Part shown: in pieces, positions 61,752 through 64,000 of the stretch
Layout of the letters: each line of letters begins with the position of its first letter
Position numbering within the stretch: the stretch's first letter is position 1
Source: Octopus vulgaris
Taxonomy: Eukaryota
Assembly (NCBI GenBank): GCA_951406725.2
Contig: OX597815.1
Span: forward strand, 57,908,001 to 57,972,000
Direction: 5' to 3'
DNA: 64,000 nt
Translations under genes and position numbers: made by a program
The notes under the pieces: generated by a model
What the model was told of the DNA's origin: nothing
Seen by the model: the letters and a program-made list of their open reading frames with translations, nothing else
Database searches by the model: none

Positions 61752-64000
61752 CTATAAAAATAGAAAAGAAAAACAAATTCATGATTACTGCTGATAGATA
61801 AAAGTTAAGCATTTCATTAAACTCAGGAATCTTAAAGAATCTTTTAGAGCTTTTGAGGGCTGGTGCTTAGCTTCCGTTTGCATGGAAATAAGAAAATGAA
61901 AAAGAAGCATTTCATACTGAACACTATTTGAGAACATTTTAAAATGATCTGGTGCATATTCTTGACAGTAATGTGTGCAGGGTTATGTTAGAGCTTATAT
62001 ATAATTTAAGTAAAAATCCACAAGTTGTTTGCATGACTGCATATTCATTTAGGCAATTTTATTTCTACATAACTTTCTAAAGGTGTTAAGTAGACAAAAG
62101 AAATATCCTTCTGGGCCGGACGTTAAGATACTACAGCTAATTTTTAAAAGAAATTCTGGTACCAACTCCCAACAGTTAGATAAATTGTGAGATGTAAATA
62201 GTGTTCTGCTCAAATACAACAAAACACTTACAGTAAATATGAACTATAACCAGAGCCTTTGAGAAAAATTTGGAAAGGTAGAAAAGCCTTTCAAAATTCA
62301 AAGGAGGCTGTGATAAGTCATAAGCCTCTCCAGGCCCTGGACTGGTGTATCAACTGAGCCCAACACTTAAAGGATCTGACATGTACTGATCTACTGTGGT
62401 ATACATATATTCATTTTTACCTACAAAACAAACTGTTTAAGTTAAAATGCCTTACTAAAAAAACTCATTAAAAAAAAAAACATTTCTCTCTGAGTTGTTA
62501 AAATAAAAATCATTAACATTAGGTAGTTTTGAAACTATTCAAATCTAACTTCTACTGTACTTTTTCTTGGAGAGTATTCAAAAAGAAACATTTTGATACC
62601 TTATTTGTGAAATTTGCATGAATAATTTAGGAAAAATAACAATTTGAATGGTCAGTGGATTGGTTGAAATCTTGCCTAATTTAGCCATCATTTGTGATCA
62701 CAGCTTAGAAATTGAGGCAATAATCATCTTCAAATTACTTAAATTAATAGTCTCCATGGGATAGCAGTGGCCTATTTCTTTTAGGTTCTTGAAAATGAAA
62801 CTTTTTTTGGCAATTAAGCCTATTTTGTTGCATGCAACAAACAGTTGATTTTGCAACGTGAGCATAAGCTTTTCATGTGTTTTCAAGCCTAGCTAAATCC
62901 AAAAGTGCAAACCACAGGGACTTGGCTTTGGCATATTTGTAGTAGGTATAGAACTAAATAAATCCTGGGACTTTGGGACATGATACCATTTCAATAAAAT
63001 TTTAATGGACTATGAAAAATGGCTATAAACAAGTAACCGGTGAAGTTTTGGATCAGGACACCCATATAAGTTGAATTTTCATGTTGATGGTGATTTTTGT
63101 AGTTTTTTTCACTGTGGATAAATCCAAGGAAATAGTGGAAGGAAGCTTTTTATGACAAAAACTTTTGAAAATTCGATTTTTTTTTTACACCCTGAACTGA
63201 TTTTGGCCAATTTTGTTAGCACTATGCACTTAAAAACAACAGAAGCCTTTTCAGTAAAAAAAAAGAAAAGTTTGAAAATATTTCAGATGTAAAAGTGTGT
63301 GATTTAAGGGAGATTTAACTGTTGTTTCTAGCATTTCCCACAACTACCTGGTACTGTCCTTGTTTCTTTGTCACTCTGACATGTACTGATGTTTATCAAT
63401 ATTTTTCTCTCCATAAACACATTTTATGGAATGATGATGCAGAAGTAACCCATGAGTTTTGTTTAGGCCAAGTGTGGTCTATTGTTGAAATTTATGCAAC
63501 AAAAAAAATTTTGTACTTTTAAATTTTTAACCCACACTAAGTAAATCTGTGTGTATGTAAGAAAAACATATTTACTAACAGAAAAGTATGCTTTTAAAAT
63601 AAATTATCTTTCACACACCTCTTTCAGATCACTGTGGATAAATCCTAGCAGTGACCTTCTCAGTTGCTCCAGTATTTTTAAATTATAAACAGATACAAAG
63701 GAAATGAGGAGGGGTGAAAAAAAATCATAAATTTTTAAACAACTTTTTCTTGAATAGCATACTTTTCTGTTTGTAAATATGCTTTTTCTTACACACACAC
63801 ACACACACAAGGATTTGCTGGGTGCCGGTGGATGAGGAACAAGGAAGGTACCAGGTGTCATAGGATGTGCTACAAACAACAGCTAATTCTCCTTTAAATC
63901 ACATTGATCCATCTGAAAATATTTTCAAAAATATTTTTTTTACTAAAAATGACTCTCCCATCATTTTGAAGTATACAAAAAAAAAAAAAATTGGTCGAAA

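Overview
AT-rich eukaryotic (metazoan) DNA full of (TA)n/(CA)n/(AAT)n microsatellites and nested, mostly decayed transposons. The repeat repertoire suggests an octopus/cephalopod genome (inference, not checked). Only two host-gene pieces are visible, both on the minus strand: the last coding exon of FAHD1 (61260-61751) and a 53-nt first coding exon with a Rossmann start that looks like CRYL1 (25186-25238; not in the ORF track). The rest comprises RTE LINEs (one family with a PHD finger inside the RT and an expandable 3'-UTR tandem array), CR1/L2-like and Tx1-like LINEs, a GC-rich RTE-BovB-like LINE, several Penelope-like elements (PLEs), three solo LTRs, mariner-type elements, MITEs, a Helitron and SINEs. 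The most interesting signal is RNA-level: at least four distinct hammerhead-ribozyme families. Two sit in non-coding, highly structured tandem monomers of about 365 and 353 nt that look like retrozymes inserted into PLEs. One has a compensatory U3-A8 core and a 13-bp TSD; the other has a stem II broken by A.C mismatches. All calls are by eye and TE boundaries are approximate unless TSDs or TIRs are given.
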